The position numbers were made by a program, and so were the translations under genes. A DNA stretch of 60,554 nt, counting the filler. It is 5 parts of 5 records of this genome, joined end to end, with 100 filler letters (N's around TTAATTAATTAA, not from the genome) between each part and the next. Parts side by side here need not be neighbours in the genome. Positions count along the whole stretch, not along the records: positions 28,524 to 39,892 come from SRR31156797_45598; positions 39,993 to 52,862 come from SRR31156797_45604; 3 more parts are not named here. One strand, written 5' to 3'. The notes beneath the pieces were generated by a model. That model ran no database searches. It saw nothing but the letters and a program-made list of their open reading frames with translations, and was not told the DNA's origin. Position 1 is the first letter of the stretch. Each line of letters begins with the position of its first letter. Positions 31,030 through 40,682 of the stretch are shown here, piece by piece.

Positions 31030-31044
31030 AAAAGCTTTATATAT
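31030..31044 (+). promoter_or_regulatory. Archaeal BRE/TATA promoter for tRNA-Asp
   Basis: Purine-rich AAAAG followed by CTTTATATAT, about 50 nt upstream of the tRNA. Confidence 0.65.
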
Positions 31045-31091
31045 GAGCCCTTCCTTTTAGGGGTGCTCAAAGGCGTAATTCATCCGCAAGT

Positions 31092-31164
31092 GTCCGAATA
31101 GTGTAGAGGCCTATCATGGAGCCCTGTCGAGGCTCCGACCCGGGTTCGAATCCCGGTTCGGGCG
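31092..31164 (+). tRNA. tRNA-Asp(GTC)
   Basis: GTCCGAA/TTCGGGC acceptor stem, GAGCC-CTGTCGA-GGCTC anticodon arm, CCGGG-TTCGAAT-CCCGG T-arm. Confidence 0.95.
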
Positions 31165-31368
31165 CTAAATCTTTTTTCCCGGATTTTCCGGGTATATTCT
31201 TCTTAATCATAATAAAATAGCTTTTGCAATTGTTGATTTAAATACTGTTTGTTTTATTAATGATCACATAAGAACCTAAAATGTATTAGTTGTAAACGAC
31301 TGTTTTTACACTTTACATACGCATATCTGGTAATAGGTGCAGCTACAACATACTGTGTAGAGTTCCAT

Positions 31369-31987
31369 CCCAAGTTTGACAGTTTTATTTTTAATCAACT
31401 GAATAGGTCTCTTTTTAGTTTCTATTCTAATCTATGTGTATCTTTATTCTTCTAGTCGATTGCTGGCATTTTTTCTTTCTTCCATACTTGTTTTTATAAT
31501 TTCATCCATTTTTCACCCCACTAATTTGACAGTACCCCATGAGTCATTAGATTGTGTTTTTTCTGATTTTTGCCCATTTTTTGGGTAACGAATTTGACAG
31601 CATTGCCGAATCTTCTAAATAAGCCTCTCAAATTGATCTCATTTTGTTTTCACGCAAGAAATATCCAAAAATAACTTAATGGAATTTGACAGATGAGCAT
31701 TATTCTTTTGAAAATAAGGGTTCAACGAGTAAATTTAGGCCAAATTTGCTGGAAATTGCATCAATTTTAAAGGAAAAACGATAAAATCGGAGATTTTTGC
31801 ATGAAATTGTTTGAACTGTCAAATAGGGTGTCCTGACAAAAAAACGAAAACGTGGGTGGAAGAGAAGACATTTTCTTATCAAAATTTGGAAACTGTCAAA
31901 CTTGGGTTCCATGGGTTTATTCAAAGAACCTTACATTCATTTAAAGTTTTAATAGTAACTCTTTTAACACAAATTAAAGTTTGACAG
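31369..31987. repeat. Seven dispersed TTTGACAG copies, two extended into a 17-bp inverted repeat
   Basis: Forward copies at 31375, 31525, 31593, 31685, 31980; reverse copies at 31816, 31893. CCCAAGTTTGACAGTTT (31369-31385) is the reverse complement of 31890-31906. Confidence 0.85.
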
Positions 31988-32580
31988 TGATTAAATACTT
32001 GTAAGTGAATAGGGCCAGTGCAAAGCCAATACCCCCACCAACCACCTTTTCAGTTACAGGTAGCTATCTTAGTATCTGTTTTACTGATAATTTGGCTTTG
32101 CATTGTCTCCTTTCCTGAATAACCAGGTGTGTACTACTTTTTTTACTAGTATCAATGTGCTACATTAAATCTTAATTCGAAATATCCTGCTACTTTTATC
32201 AAAGTCTTTCCTTATATTTTCAAAGTTCATAATATTTCGAAATCTATTTAAAGCACTTGTATGTTTTTAGAAACTGTTATGTTTGGAAATGCAAAAAAAT
32301 CAGTTTATACAAAACTTATCCTTTTGGTATCTTTATATGTAGCTATGATGCTGTCCTTTGCTATGTTTTCAGCACTTGTCAGATAATTTTCTAAGCATTC
32401 TACGTCCTTATATTCAGGCATAACCCAAGGCAGAACAGTCAACTTACATTAGCATAGCATGGGCACTGCTCGTACTTAGTCTGAATTTCCAATCATTATG
32501 TGCCCTTTTATGATTGCCAAATTGGTGTCTGATAATTTGAAGAAAAAGTTGTCGGGACAAATCAAAGAAAATGGTGGAAA

Positions 32581-32639
32581 TCCCGTTTTTCGGTTCGTTT
32601 TTGATCTCGTTTTTCGGTTTCGTTTTTTGATCCCGTTTT
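32581..32639. repeat. Imperfect ~25-bp tandem repeat (2 copies + partial)
   Basis: TCCCGTTTTTCGGTTCGTTTTTGA / TCTCGTTTTTCGGTTTCGTTTTTTGA / TCCCGTTTT. Confidence 0.75.
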
Positions 32640-32651
32640 ACCCTGGTTTGA

Positions 32652-33041
32652 TTAAATGGTCACTGTACGGATTACCTGCAACAGGCTGCATTCCATGAAG
32701 ATGACCATCAGATTGTTCACCACCAGAAACAATCCTACAAGCGCAATACCTTTTCTGGAGCCTATCCACAGAAGATCTGTCCATTCTGAATCTGAATCCC
32801 TGAGCATTCTGTAATTCCAGTAAACAATTACGAGGAATATCACTTTCAATATAAGCAGAGAGCCAACACCATAGTTCTGCATCACTGCTGCAAGGAAATC
32901 ATTTTCTTCGAACCCGTATTTCAGTGCATGGGCGGTAGTCAGAAAGTCTCCCAGTACGTAAAATACAATAATATACTTTATATCTCTGAAGAAATCAGAG
33001 AGACTTGTAAATTGTGTATCGTACCAGTTTGCGCTGTGCAT
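32652..33041 (-). CDS. DUF5658-like small membrane protein
   Basis: GDFLTT...GFEEN...ILKV...VVNN pattern with three to four hydrophobic helices. Confidence 0.7.
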   Translation of the reverse strand: MHSANWYDTQFTSLSDFFRDIKYIIVFYVLGDFLTTAHALKYGFEENDFLAAVMQNYGVGSLLILKVIFLVIVYWNYRMLRDSDSEWTDLLWIGSRKGIALVGLFLVVNNLMVIFMECSLLQVIRTVTI

Positions 33042-33256
33042 AATAGTTGCTTCATATGGAGTGCTATATAACTGGAATGTGAATGTATCTGCAAAACATG
33101 GTCATGGTTCTAGCTTTGATGTAGTAATATATGATTGTTTATGTGCACAAATATTCTTGATATATGTGATACTATGAACATGCCATGATGTCCAGTTGCG
33201 ATTTTCAGGAGATTGATTTGATAACAATTTTGTACTAGTAACTACTAGATACTAGT

Positions 33257-34432
33257 ATGGCCTCATCACTAGTTCCCATTGATATTTCCGAATCACTGGA
33301 AAAGCACAGGTCAGATGTATATCTGATGGTAGGGAATTCGAACAATGCAGATATCTTTTATGCGACACGTTTCTTTGCTTCCGACCAGTTTGCATATTTC
33401 CACACAAAAAACGGAGCAGAAGCAGTTCTGATCTCTGACATGGAAAAAGGAAGGGCCGAACTGGAATCAAGGGTGTCTGATGTCCGTACACTACAGGATT
33501 GTGACTACAGGTCAAAAGTAAAGGAAAGACAGGATCCTTCACTTGCTTATTGCGACTGTATTGCTGAGGTATTGCAAAAAGAAGGAGCAAAAAGAGTAGC
33601 AGTCCCAAGGGACTTTCCATATCATATCGCTCAGACCTTAAAAGAAGAAGGTTTTTCCATTGAAGCAGTCAAAAGTCCCTTTGCCAGTATACGTTCTAAA
33701 AAGGATACTACTGAGATCAAAATCATAAAACAGGTTCAAGATGCCTGCAATACTTCTATGAAGGCTGCTGTTGAAATGATTCATAAGTCTGAAAATATTG
33801 ATGGAATTCTTCATCACCGTGGGTTTGCCCTGACATCAGAGATGGTACGCAAGGAAATAGACATGACTCTCCTTGAGCATGGTTGTGAATCTGATAGTAC
33901 GATAGTTGCCGGAGGGACTGGCTCTGCAAATCCTCATTGGGAAGGAAGCGGTCCGCTAAAGGCAGACGAACCCATTGTCATTGATATCTTCCCGCGAAGC
34001 AAAAAAGAAAGGTATTTTGCTGATATGACCAGAACAGTCCTGAAAGGCGAAGCATCTGAAAAACTTAAAGGTATGTATGATGCCGTGCTTGCAGCACAGA
34101 AAGCCGGAATTGATATGGTAAAACCAGGTATCAAATGCGGCGATATACACAATAAAGTATGTGATGTATTTGTGGAGAAAGGTTATGATACCATCAGGGA
34201 AGGATCAAATGTAGGCTTCATTCACTCTACAGGGCATGGAGTTGGACTTGAGATTCATGAGCTTCCATTTGTAGGCAACAGTGATGTTGAACTTGAAGAG
34301 GGGAATGTCATAACTATTGAGCCCGGTTTATACTATCCGGATGTAGGTGGAATACGCCTGGAGGATCTGATCCTTGTGACAGAAGATGGCCATGAAAACC
34401 TCACAGAAATGGAAAAAAATTTTTTATGTTAA
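33257..34432 (+). CDS. Xaa-Pro aminopeptidase (M24B)
   Basis: IDIFP, ADMTRT, HSTGHGVGLEIHE, TIEPGLY, GIRLED. Confidence 0.93.
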   Translation: MASSLVPIDISESLEKHRSDVYLMVGNSNNADIFYATRFFASDQFAYFHTKNGAEAVLISDMEKGRAELESRVSDVRTLQDCDYRSKVKERQDPSLAYCDCIAEVLQKEGAKRVAVPRDFPYHIAQTLKEEGFSIEAVKSPFASIRSKKDTTEIKIIKQVQDACNTSMKAAVEMIHKSENIDGILHHRGFALTSEMVRKEIDMTLLEHGCESDSTIVAGGTGSANPHWEGSGPLKADEPIVIDIFPRSKKERYFADMTRTVLKGEASEKLKGMYDAVLAAQKAGIDMVKPGIKCGDIHNKVCDVFVEKGYDTIREGSNVGFIHSTGHGVGLEIHELPFVGNSDVELEEGNVITIEPGLYYPDVGGIRLEDLILVTEDGHENLTEMEKNFLC

Positions 34433-34469
34433 TTTAGTTCCGGATTACGGCTTATACAGGAGATATAAA

Positions 34470-35366
34470 ATGGTGGACAAAGTTCAGGAGATAGAAGAGA
34501 TTATTGATAAATATCTCAAAGCAGGAAAGATACTCTCGCAGGTAAGAAGTGAAGCAAGGGATCGTATCAAGGTAGGCGTGAATCTTTTAGAGATTGCAGA
34601 ATTCGTAGAAAACAGAGCAGTTGAGCTTGGAGCCGATGGTTCTGCGTTCCCTTGCAATATTTCCCGTAATGATGAAGCAGCTCATGCAACTCCTCTTGAA
34701 GGGGATGAAACTGTTTTTGGTGAAGATGTAATAAAACTTGATCTTGGTGTTCATGTAGACGGTTATATTGCAGATTCTGCCATAACAATAGATCTTTCAG
34801 GTAATTATTCTGAGCTTGTCAAAGCATCTGAGGCCGGACTTGAAGCTGCCATTGATACTGTTAAAAATGGTGTAAATACAGCAGATATCGGTGCTGCAAT
34901 TGAAGATGAAATCACGTCCCATGGTTTTAAGCCAATAGGCAATCTTTCCGGGCACGGGCTTGCACAGTATATCCCTCATGCGCATCCAAGTATTCCCAAC
35001 AGGAAAATGAGTAATGGGGTAGAACTTAAAACAGGGGATTTCATTGCAATAGAACCATTTGCCACAGATGGAGTTGGAAAGGTTGTTGACGGTACTTTGA
35101 CTGAGATATTTCAGGTAATCAAGAAAAAGCCGGTACGTTTACCTGCTGCCAGGGCTCTTCTTAAAGAACTCGAGCAACACAAGACACTTCCTTTTGCAAA
35201 AAGATGGCTTAAGAGTCCGCAACTTGATTTTGCCCTCATGCAACTTGAAAAATCAGGGATAGTACATTCTTATCCTGTACTCAAAGAAGTTGGCGGGGGC
35301 ATGGTTTCCCAGGCTGAACACACGGTGATCGTCACAGACGATGGCTGTGAGGTCACAACCAGGTAA
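34470..35366 (+). CDS. map: Methionine aminopeptidase type II
   Basis: AFPCNIS, AAHATP, KLDLGVHVDGYIADSA, NLSGHG, AIEPF, SQAEHT. Confidence 0.95.
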   Translation: MVDKVQEIEEIIDKYLKAGKILSQVRSEARDRIKVGVNLLEIAEFVENRAVELGADGSAFPCNISRNDEAAHATPLEGDETVFGEDVIKLDLGVHVDGYIADSAITIDLSGNYSELVKASEAGLEAAIDTVKNGVNTADIGAAIEDEITSHGFKPIGNLSGHGLAQYIPHAHPSIPNRKMSNGVELKTGDFIAIEPFATDGVGKVVDGTLTEIFQVIKKKPVRLPAARALLKELEQHKTLPFAKRWLKSPQLDFALMQLEKSGIVHSYPVLKEVGGGMVSQAEHTVIVTDDGCEVTTR

Positions 35367-35405
35367 GTACACAAAAAACATGAAAAACAGATGGTGGTGC
35401 ATTAA

Positions 35406-36182
35406 TTGCAAACATGGGTTTTGTTACTGGCAGCTTTGTTCTTATTAGTTTTATCTTCCCCGGCAAATGCTGGCTATGATTGGGATAACCGGATAACTCT
35501 GAACAAGGATAGTATGACATGGGACTACACTGAAAAGTATTCTGATAACGGAACACTTGTATTCAAGGCTTATATTGACGGTAAATTCGGAGATGACGAA
35601 GGTTTTGTCAGTGCATGGGAATTAATGAAAACCAATGTGGAGGCAAGCGAATTTTTTTACATGTTTATAGAAGATGACATGGATGTAAAGGTAGGCAATT
35701 CTTCAGATAATATTGTTCTTCTTAGTGTCGATTCTGATATTTCCCGCGAACTTATCGGGTCTGTTAATGAATCAAAGGACATAGTCAATTATTATCATGT
35801 ATTTTATCAGTTCAAGGAGCCACTGAATGAATCAAATTCACATATATGGCTCCAGGGAGAACCTGAAACAAATGTCACATTGAACCTGGGCCCTGAGATA
35901 AGGATGATGTCTATAGATGGTATAGAGAACAGATCTGTGTCTGTGGACCAAAACGGGACAACTATTTCAGGAAAGTTTGATCTCGATGGTGCAGCAACAA
36001 TGGAGTTCTCATTAAGGGATGTTCCTGTAATTCCTCAAGAGGAGATTAATGCTACCAGGTCACTGCCTGATGAAGCTCCGCCTGCCAGCAACGGACTGGC
36101 TTCATTATTCGCAAAGCTGTTTCCAGGAGTAACTCCAAATCTATTCGGGGAACTTAAACTCAAAATATTTAATAACCCTTAA
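35406..36182 (+). CDS. Hypothetical secreted/surface protein
   Basis: Signal peptide (ANA|G), acidic, several N-x-S/T sequons; TTG start uncertain. Confidence 0.7.
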   Translation: MQTWVLLLAALFLLVLSSPANAGYDWDNRITLNKDSMTWDYTEKYSDNGTLVFKAYIDGKFGDDEGFVSAWELMKTNVEASEFFYMFIEDDMDVKVGNSSDNIVLLSVDSDISRELIGSVNESKDIVNYYHVFYQFKEPLNESNSHIWLQGEPETNVTLNLGPEIRMMSIDGIENRSVSVDQNGTTISGKFDLDGAATMEFSLRDVPVIPQEEINATRSLPDEAPPASNGLASLFAKLFPGVTPNLFGELKLKIFNNP

Positions 36183-36208
36183 ACCCACTACAGAACTGGT
36201 GATTATCA

Positions 36209-36496
36209 ATGCTGTCAGAGATAATAAAACTTGAAAAAGGTTGCGCCATGGGTTTGAGTTTCCAGATGCAAACTGCTCCTTTGCTTGTAATCAGGGCAGA
36301 CAAAGGCTTTGTGATGTGCGGTTATCTTGATCTGGACACAGCAGATGTGCTGGGAGATGTTGCAGTTAAGGTCAAAGGTGTCAGTACTTTTGAAGATGTT
36401 CTGAAGGCACCCGTGGTCGGCGCCAGCCAGGAGGCTGTAAATCTTGGAATTAAAGCAGGGATGACCGGGAAAGAGGCACTTGAGCTGATGTTTTGA
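36209..36496 (+). CDS. YunC/DUF1805 family protein
   Basis: KGFVMCGYLD, V.GV.TFED.L, LGIKAGMTGKEAL. Confidence 0.88.
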   Translation: MLSEIIKLEKGCAMGLSFQMQTAPLLVIRADKGFVMCGYLDLDTADVLGDVAVKVKGVSTFEDVLKAPVVGASQEAVNLGIKAGMTGKEALELMF

Positions 36497-36588
36497 TCTC
36501 TGAATTCCTGTATCTCTTTATTTTCTTTCAACCGAACCTTTTCATTGAAACGCTTTAAATACTACTTCTATTGTCTATTGCAGTTATC

Positions 36589-37620
36589 ATGCTGTATGCT
36601 TTTGAGTTATCCGGAGAGCACGCTGTACTGCCGTGCAAAGAAGTCTTTGCATGTCTTTCAATGGAAGGACTTGAGTACAGGGAGCATGCCTCCTATGACA
36701 ATTGCCTTGTGCTTGATATAAAAGGCGAGGACATAGATGGCAAGCTCACTTTCATAGCAGGCAGACTAGCAATGTCCCATCACATACTGAAAGTGGTGGG
36801 TATCTGTGAGGTCGAGGCTGATCCTATCATAGATATGTGTGACAGGTCTGATATAACCGCCCATCTTTCAGAAGGGCAGACATTCGTGGTCCGTGCAAAA
36901 AGGGTGCATCACCACGGTGATGTTAAGCGTGAATTCATAGAAGGCAGACTTGGAGGTAGCATTTATCGTAAGGGTTTCAGGGCGAACCTGACGGATCCCG
37001 ATGTTACATTCCGTTTCATAATGACCGATATGGCAGTGCTCGGCTCGGTGGTAGTTTCCGTTGACAGAGGTGCCTATGAACACAGGGCTCCGCACAGAAA
37101 ACCATTTTTCTATCCAGGAGTGCTCATGCCCCGTGTTGCAAGGGCGCTGGTGAACATCTCACAGGTAAGAGATGGAGATGTCCTTTTCGACCCATTCAGT
37201 GGTACTGCAGGTATTCTTGTGGAAGCCGGTCTTATAGGTGCTCATGTGATCGGCACCGAGGTGCGCTATAAGATTTCACACGGCGCCAGGATGAATCTTG
37301 ATGAGTACAATGCCGATTATTCCCTTCTGGTAGGCGATGCTTGCCGTGTTCCTCTTAAAACCTCATCCGTGGATGCGATCGTCACAGATCCGCCGTATGG
37401 TCGCTCGGCAGCTATCAGGGCAGAGTCACTGCACCATCTTTACACTGACTCCTTCGCAGAGATGTACCGTGTGCTCAAACAGGGTAAGCTCGCAGTGGTG
37501 GTCTCAGAACTAAAGGTAGAGGAATTTGCAGAAAAGGCAGGTTTTACGGTGGCAGATGTCTTCACCCAGAAGGTCCACAAGAGTCTGACAAGGACGTTTA
37601 CTGTTCTTTACAAGGACTGA
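36589..37620 (+). CDS. THUMP-domain tRNA (guanine-10-N2) methyltransferase (Trm11/TIGR01177 type)
   Basis: FELSGEH, KPFFYPG...ARALVN, DPFSGTAG, TDPPYG. Confidence 0.88.
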   Translation: MLYAFELSGEHAVLPCKEVFACLSMEGLEYREHASYDNCLVLDIKGEDIDGKLTFIAGRLAMSHHILKVVGICEVEADPIIDMCDRSDITAHLSEGQTFVVRAKRVHHHGDVKREFIEGRLGGSIYRKGFRANLTDPDVTFRFIMTDMAVLGSVVVSVDRGAYEHRAPHRKPFFYPGVLMPRVARALVNISQVRDGDVLFDPFSGTAGILVEAGLIGAHVIGTEVRYKISHGARMNLDEYNADYSLLVGDACRVPLKTSSVDAIVTDPPYGRSAAIRAESLHHLYTDSFAEMYRVLKQGKLAVVVSELKVEEFAEKAGFTVADVFTQKVHKSLTRTFTVLYKD

Positions 37621-38183
37621 CTTACATATTGTTCCTGTATCAGTGACCAGTATGCTGCAAGCATGTTTTCGGATTCCTTGTAGTTAGGATAACGCGTCAT
37701 GATATGGTTCCAGAATCTCTGGCTATGGTTTAGCTCTATGAGGTGCACCATCTCATGGAATACAATATACTCTATCATATTAACCGGCAGATGCCTCATG
37801 TAGCTGTTGAAGTTCAGGTTCCCCTTTGAACTGCAGCTTCCCCATTTTGTTTTCATCCTGCGAAAACCTATTTTTTTAGGTTTCACATGGAGTTCCTTTC
37901 CGGCTTTTTCAACAAAAGAGTATACCAGTTCCTTCAATTGAGCAACTGGCCTGTCTGCTACAAGTTCTACGTCCCTGGATATCTCCGTTAGTTTTTGCAT
38001 CCTGGTGAATCTGTTATAGATCCATCTGCGATGCCTGTGAATGATCGTCTCATGGTCCTGGTGAGAATGCGGGATTATCAGGTATAATCTTCCTTCCCTG
38101 AACTCAAGTCTGGGATTCTTAATGTTTCTGCGGATAAGCTCATAGTCTATGACCATATCCTTTATGCTTACCTGACACTGCAT
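37608..38183 (-). CDS. YgjP/DUF45 metallopeptidase-like protein
   Basis: KTKWGSCS and HEMVHLIELNHSQRFW. Confidence 0.88.
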   Translation of the reverse strand: MQCQVSIKDMVIDYELIRRNIKNPRLEFREGRLYLIIPHSHQDHETIIHRHRRWIYNRFTRMQKLTEISRDVELVADRPVAQLKELVYSFVEKAGKELHVKPKKIGFRRMKTKWGSCSSKGNLNFNSYMRHLPVNMIEYIVFHEMVHLIELNHSQRFWNHIMTRYPNYKESENMLAAYWSLIQEQYVSQSL

Positions 38184-38207
38184 TCTTATTAAAAAAAGTA
38201 AAATATC

Positions 38208-39023
38208 TTATCTTTCTTCTCTTGGAACAAGGCTTTCCATAACTTCTGCCATGACCCTGTGGCGTACCAGATAGTCATGAACGTTCTCATCGGCCCTGCG
38301 TATGGCGTAACCGTCCTCGCACCAGTCAATAGGTTCGGGATATTTTATCTTCATGAGGGTAAGCCCGTAAGCTGCAGCAGGTTCCAGTCCTTCCTCGTAT
38401 GACTCGGGGTCAAGCATCTGGTTCAGCCATTCCTCGTCCCTTACTCCGCTTCCAACCATTGTAAGGGCAGTTACTATCTTCCTCACCATGTTCCAGAGGA
38501 AGCTGTTGGCCTGTATGTCGATCTTTGTAAGTGTACCGCTGACACGTACATCTATCCTTTCCACATTCCTGACCGAGCTTTTATCCTCGTCCTTTGTGCA
38601 GAAATTCGCAAAATCATGTTCGCCCACAAGGATGTTTGAAGCAGACCTTATCCTGGAGATGTCGTATTGCTCCCCGCTCATGATGTATCTGTACTTGCGG
38701 CTGACAGCCCATCTCCTTGGGTCGAAATCGTCCGGTACCTCTGCGTGTGCCCAGGCCCAGATGGAATTCGGGAGTTTGGAATTGATCACCCTTGGTATGG
38801 CAAGGTTAGGTTTGTCGGTATCGAATGCCACTACCTGTTCCCTTGCATGTACTCCAGCATCGGTTCGCCCTGAACTTGAAAAACGTGCAGACTTTGGATT
38901 TTCTATTATCTCAAGGTCTGTGAGCGCATTGAACAATTCGCCTTCTATTGTTGCAACATCAGGCTGAACCTGTGATCCATGGTAACCTGTGCCAACGTAT
39001 GCTACTTTCAGAGCAACTCTCAT
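38208..39023 (-). CDS. truA: tRNA pseudouridine(38-40) synthase
   Basis: GSQVQP, GRTDAGVHA, GEHDFANF, SFLWNMVRKIV. Confidence 0.95.
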   Translation of the reverse strand: MRVALKVAYVGTGYHGSQVQPDVATIEGELFNALTDLEIIENPKSARFSSSGRTDAGVHAREQVVAFDTDKPNLAIPRVINSKLPNSIWAWAHAEVPDDFDPRRWAVSRKYRYIMSGEQYDISRIRSASNILVGEHDFANFCTKDEDKSSVRNVERIDVRVSGTLTKIDIQANSFLWNMVRKIVTALTMVGSGVRDEEWLNQMLDPESYEEGLEPAAAYGLTLMKIKYPEPIDWCEDGYAIRRADENVHDYLVRHRVMAEVMESLVPREER

Positions 39024-39039
39024 ACAATTCACTCTGGCT

Positions 39040-39892
39040 TCATATGTTCTTTTTTCTATAATACATTTCTCTTACGAAAAGCAGCGTGATCACAAACAGA
39101 CATCCGAAAAAGAACCACACGCTGACGTGGGACAGGATCCCGTCAGGGAACATTCCTCCCATGGGTTCTGGCATGGGGCTCATATTATCGGTAAGGGTTT
39201 GTGACATTGATTGTGTCTGGTTCCCTGTGGCAGCATTCATCCCTTCTCTTACCATGTCTGCTCCTGCCTCTGCCCCGTCAAAGGTGGAAGACTCAAGCAT
39301 TTCAGGGCTCACATCGTCAACACCGGACATTCCATCTGAAACTGCTGCTTCCTCAGGCATTTCATATTCTGCAGTATCGGTTTGCAAAAACTCCTCTTCT
39401 TCCATAAGGGCTTCATCCACAATTTCTTCATCTGTGATTGTTCCCGTCATTTCATCAGATTCCATTTCTGGCCACTCTTCGACTGCTTCTGCGCTTTCTT
39501 CCGGGATTACTTCCTCTGTTAAAATCTCGTCTGAAGTAAGATCCGCTTCAGCAACATCACCTGCATCTGTTTCTGTGGCTTTCTCGAGTACGTCTGCACC
39601 TTCCATCGTCTCCTCAGCGGTGTCCTCCAGGGCGGCTTCTTTGCTCATGGCTTCCATTGCTTCGTCTTCTGCAAAGAGCGGAGCAGTTGCCGCATCATTT
39701 GATATTGCGGATTTTCCTCCAAGACTTCTGGTTAAGGCTTCAAGTCCGGTTGCGGCAAAAACAGCGCCGGCAACAAGCCCAAGATACTTCTTCAACATCC
39801 CGATGATAGATGACCTGTCATCTTTCGTGCTCCCCGGGGCAACGACGATGAATTTCTGGACAGGTTCGTATATCTTTATCTGCCTGCCCTTT
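39040..39892 (-). CDS. Partial membrane-associated protein with acidic linker, probably an archaeal wHTH regulator missing its N-terminus
   Basis: Frame stays open to the contig edge (KGRQIKIYEPVQKFIVVAPG, resembles a wHTH wing), then a hydrophobic segment, a long Glu/Asp-rich region and a C-terminal TM with basic tail. Confidence 0.6.
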
Positions 39893-39992
39893 NNNNNNNN
39901 NNNNNNNNNNNNNNNNNNNNNNNNNNNNNNNNNNNNTTAATTAATTAANNNNNNNNNNNNNNNNNNNNNNNNNNNNNNNNNNNNNNNNNNNN
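39893..39992. other. Artificial contig spacer
   Basis: N-run + TTAATTAATTAA + N-run. Confidence 0.98.
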
Positions 39993-40000
39993 CTTAAAGA

Positions 40001-40021
40001 TAAGTAAGGTGTCCCCAGATT
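40001..40021. repeat. REP-like end motif, left copy
   Basis: TAAGTAAGGTGTCCCCAGATT; inverted partner at 40683-40704, sharing GGTGTCCCCAGA exactly. Confidence 0.7.
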
Positions 40022-40022
40022 T

Positions 40023-40099
40023 GGCACTCCACCAGACGCCTGACAGCCCTGCCGGTTTAGCGACGTCTGTCAAAGGCGCTGGTGAGCTTGTCGTTCTGG
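40023..40099 (+). mobile_element. Truncated integron attC-like site
   Basis: CTC(C)ACCAG(A)CGCC pairs with GGCGCTGGTGAG leaving two unpaired bases (G and T on the bottom strand); inner TGACAG/CTGTCA pairing; ends in an R'-like GTTCTGG. The R'' box is missing. Confidence 0.7.
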
Positions 40100-40109
40100 T
40101 TTTATAAAC

Positions 40110-40138
40110 TTGACAAAGCGTACGATATAACGTACATT
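40110..40138 (+). promoter_or_regulatory. sigma70 promoter overlapped by a YefM-type operator
   Basis: TTGACA-N17-TACATT; GTAC-N8-GTAC palindrome at 40120-40135. Confidence 0.8.
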
Positions 40139-40162
40139 ATGAAAAAATATTTGAGGTGCGAA

Positions 40163-40405
40163 ATGCCTACATTATCAGCGACCGAGGCAAGAACCAAACT
40201 ATACCGCCTTATCGATCAAGCATCTTTGTCGCATGAACCTATTGTTATCACAGGCAAACGGGGCAATGCGGTTCTAATATCTGAAGATGACTGGCGTTCA
40301 ATTCAAGAAACCCTTTATCTTTTGAACATTCCGGGTATGCGTGAGTCCATCCATAAAGGTTTAGCGACCCCTATAGAGGATTGTACAGAGGAAATTGACT
40401 GGTGA
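40163..40405 (+). CDS. yefM: Phd/YefM antitoxin
   Basis: SATEARTKLYRLID...EPIVIT...AVLISEDDW...QETLYLL. Confidence 0.93.
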   Translation: MPTLSATEARTKLYRLIDQASLSHEPIVITGKRGNAVLISEDDWRSIQETLYLLNIPGMRESIHKGLATPIEDCTEEIDW

Positions 40406-40665
40406 GTTGGAAAGTAGTTTTTACTAAACAAGCCAGAAAAGATGCGAAGAAATTAACTGCTTCAGGGCTCAAAGGAAAAGCTGAGGCAATAATTGAGATC
40501 CTGCGTGAGAATCCATCCCAAGCGCCCCCTGCATATGAAAAACTCGTGGGAGATTTGTCAGGCGCATATTCACGACGCATAAATATTCAACACAGAATTG
40601 TTTATCAAATCCTTGAAGATGAAAAGACTGTCAAAGTTGTTCGTATGTGGACACACTATGAATAG
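40402..40665 (+). CDS. yoeB: Txe/YoeB toxin
   Basis: EKLVGDLSGAYSRRINIQHRIVY...WTHYE; overlaps the antitoxin stop. Confidence 0.93.
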   Translation: MSWKVVFTKQARKDAKKLTASGLKGKAEAIIEILRENPSQAPPAYEKLVGDLSGAYSRRINIQHRIVYQILEDEKTVKVVRMWTHYE

Positions 40666-40682
40666 CTGAGCAGAACATCCGC

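Noticed and set aside
31700-31924. 74-aa minus-strand ORF (and 30690..30962, 32498..32698)
   Set aside because: No recognisable motifs; they lie over repeats, a tRNA or AT-rich DNA and are probably chance ORFs.
31165-32651. Chromosomal replication origin or CRISPR array
   Set aside because: No canonical archaeal ORB and no adjacent orc1/cdc6. The repeats are only 8-17 bp, irregularly spaced and in mixed orientation, unlike CRISPR. No duplicated tRNA 3' end (attR) was found either.
39086-39940. 284-aa Ser-rich plus-strand ORF
   Set aside because: Antisense shadow of the Glu-rich minus-strand gene.
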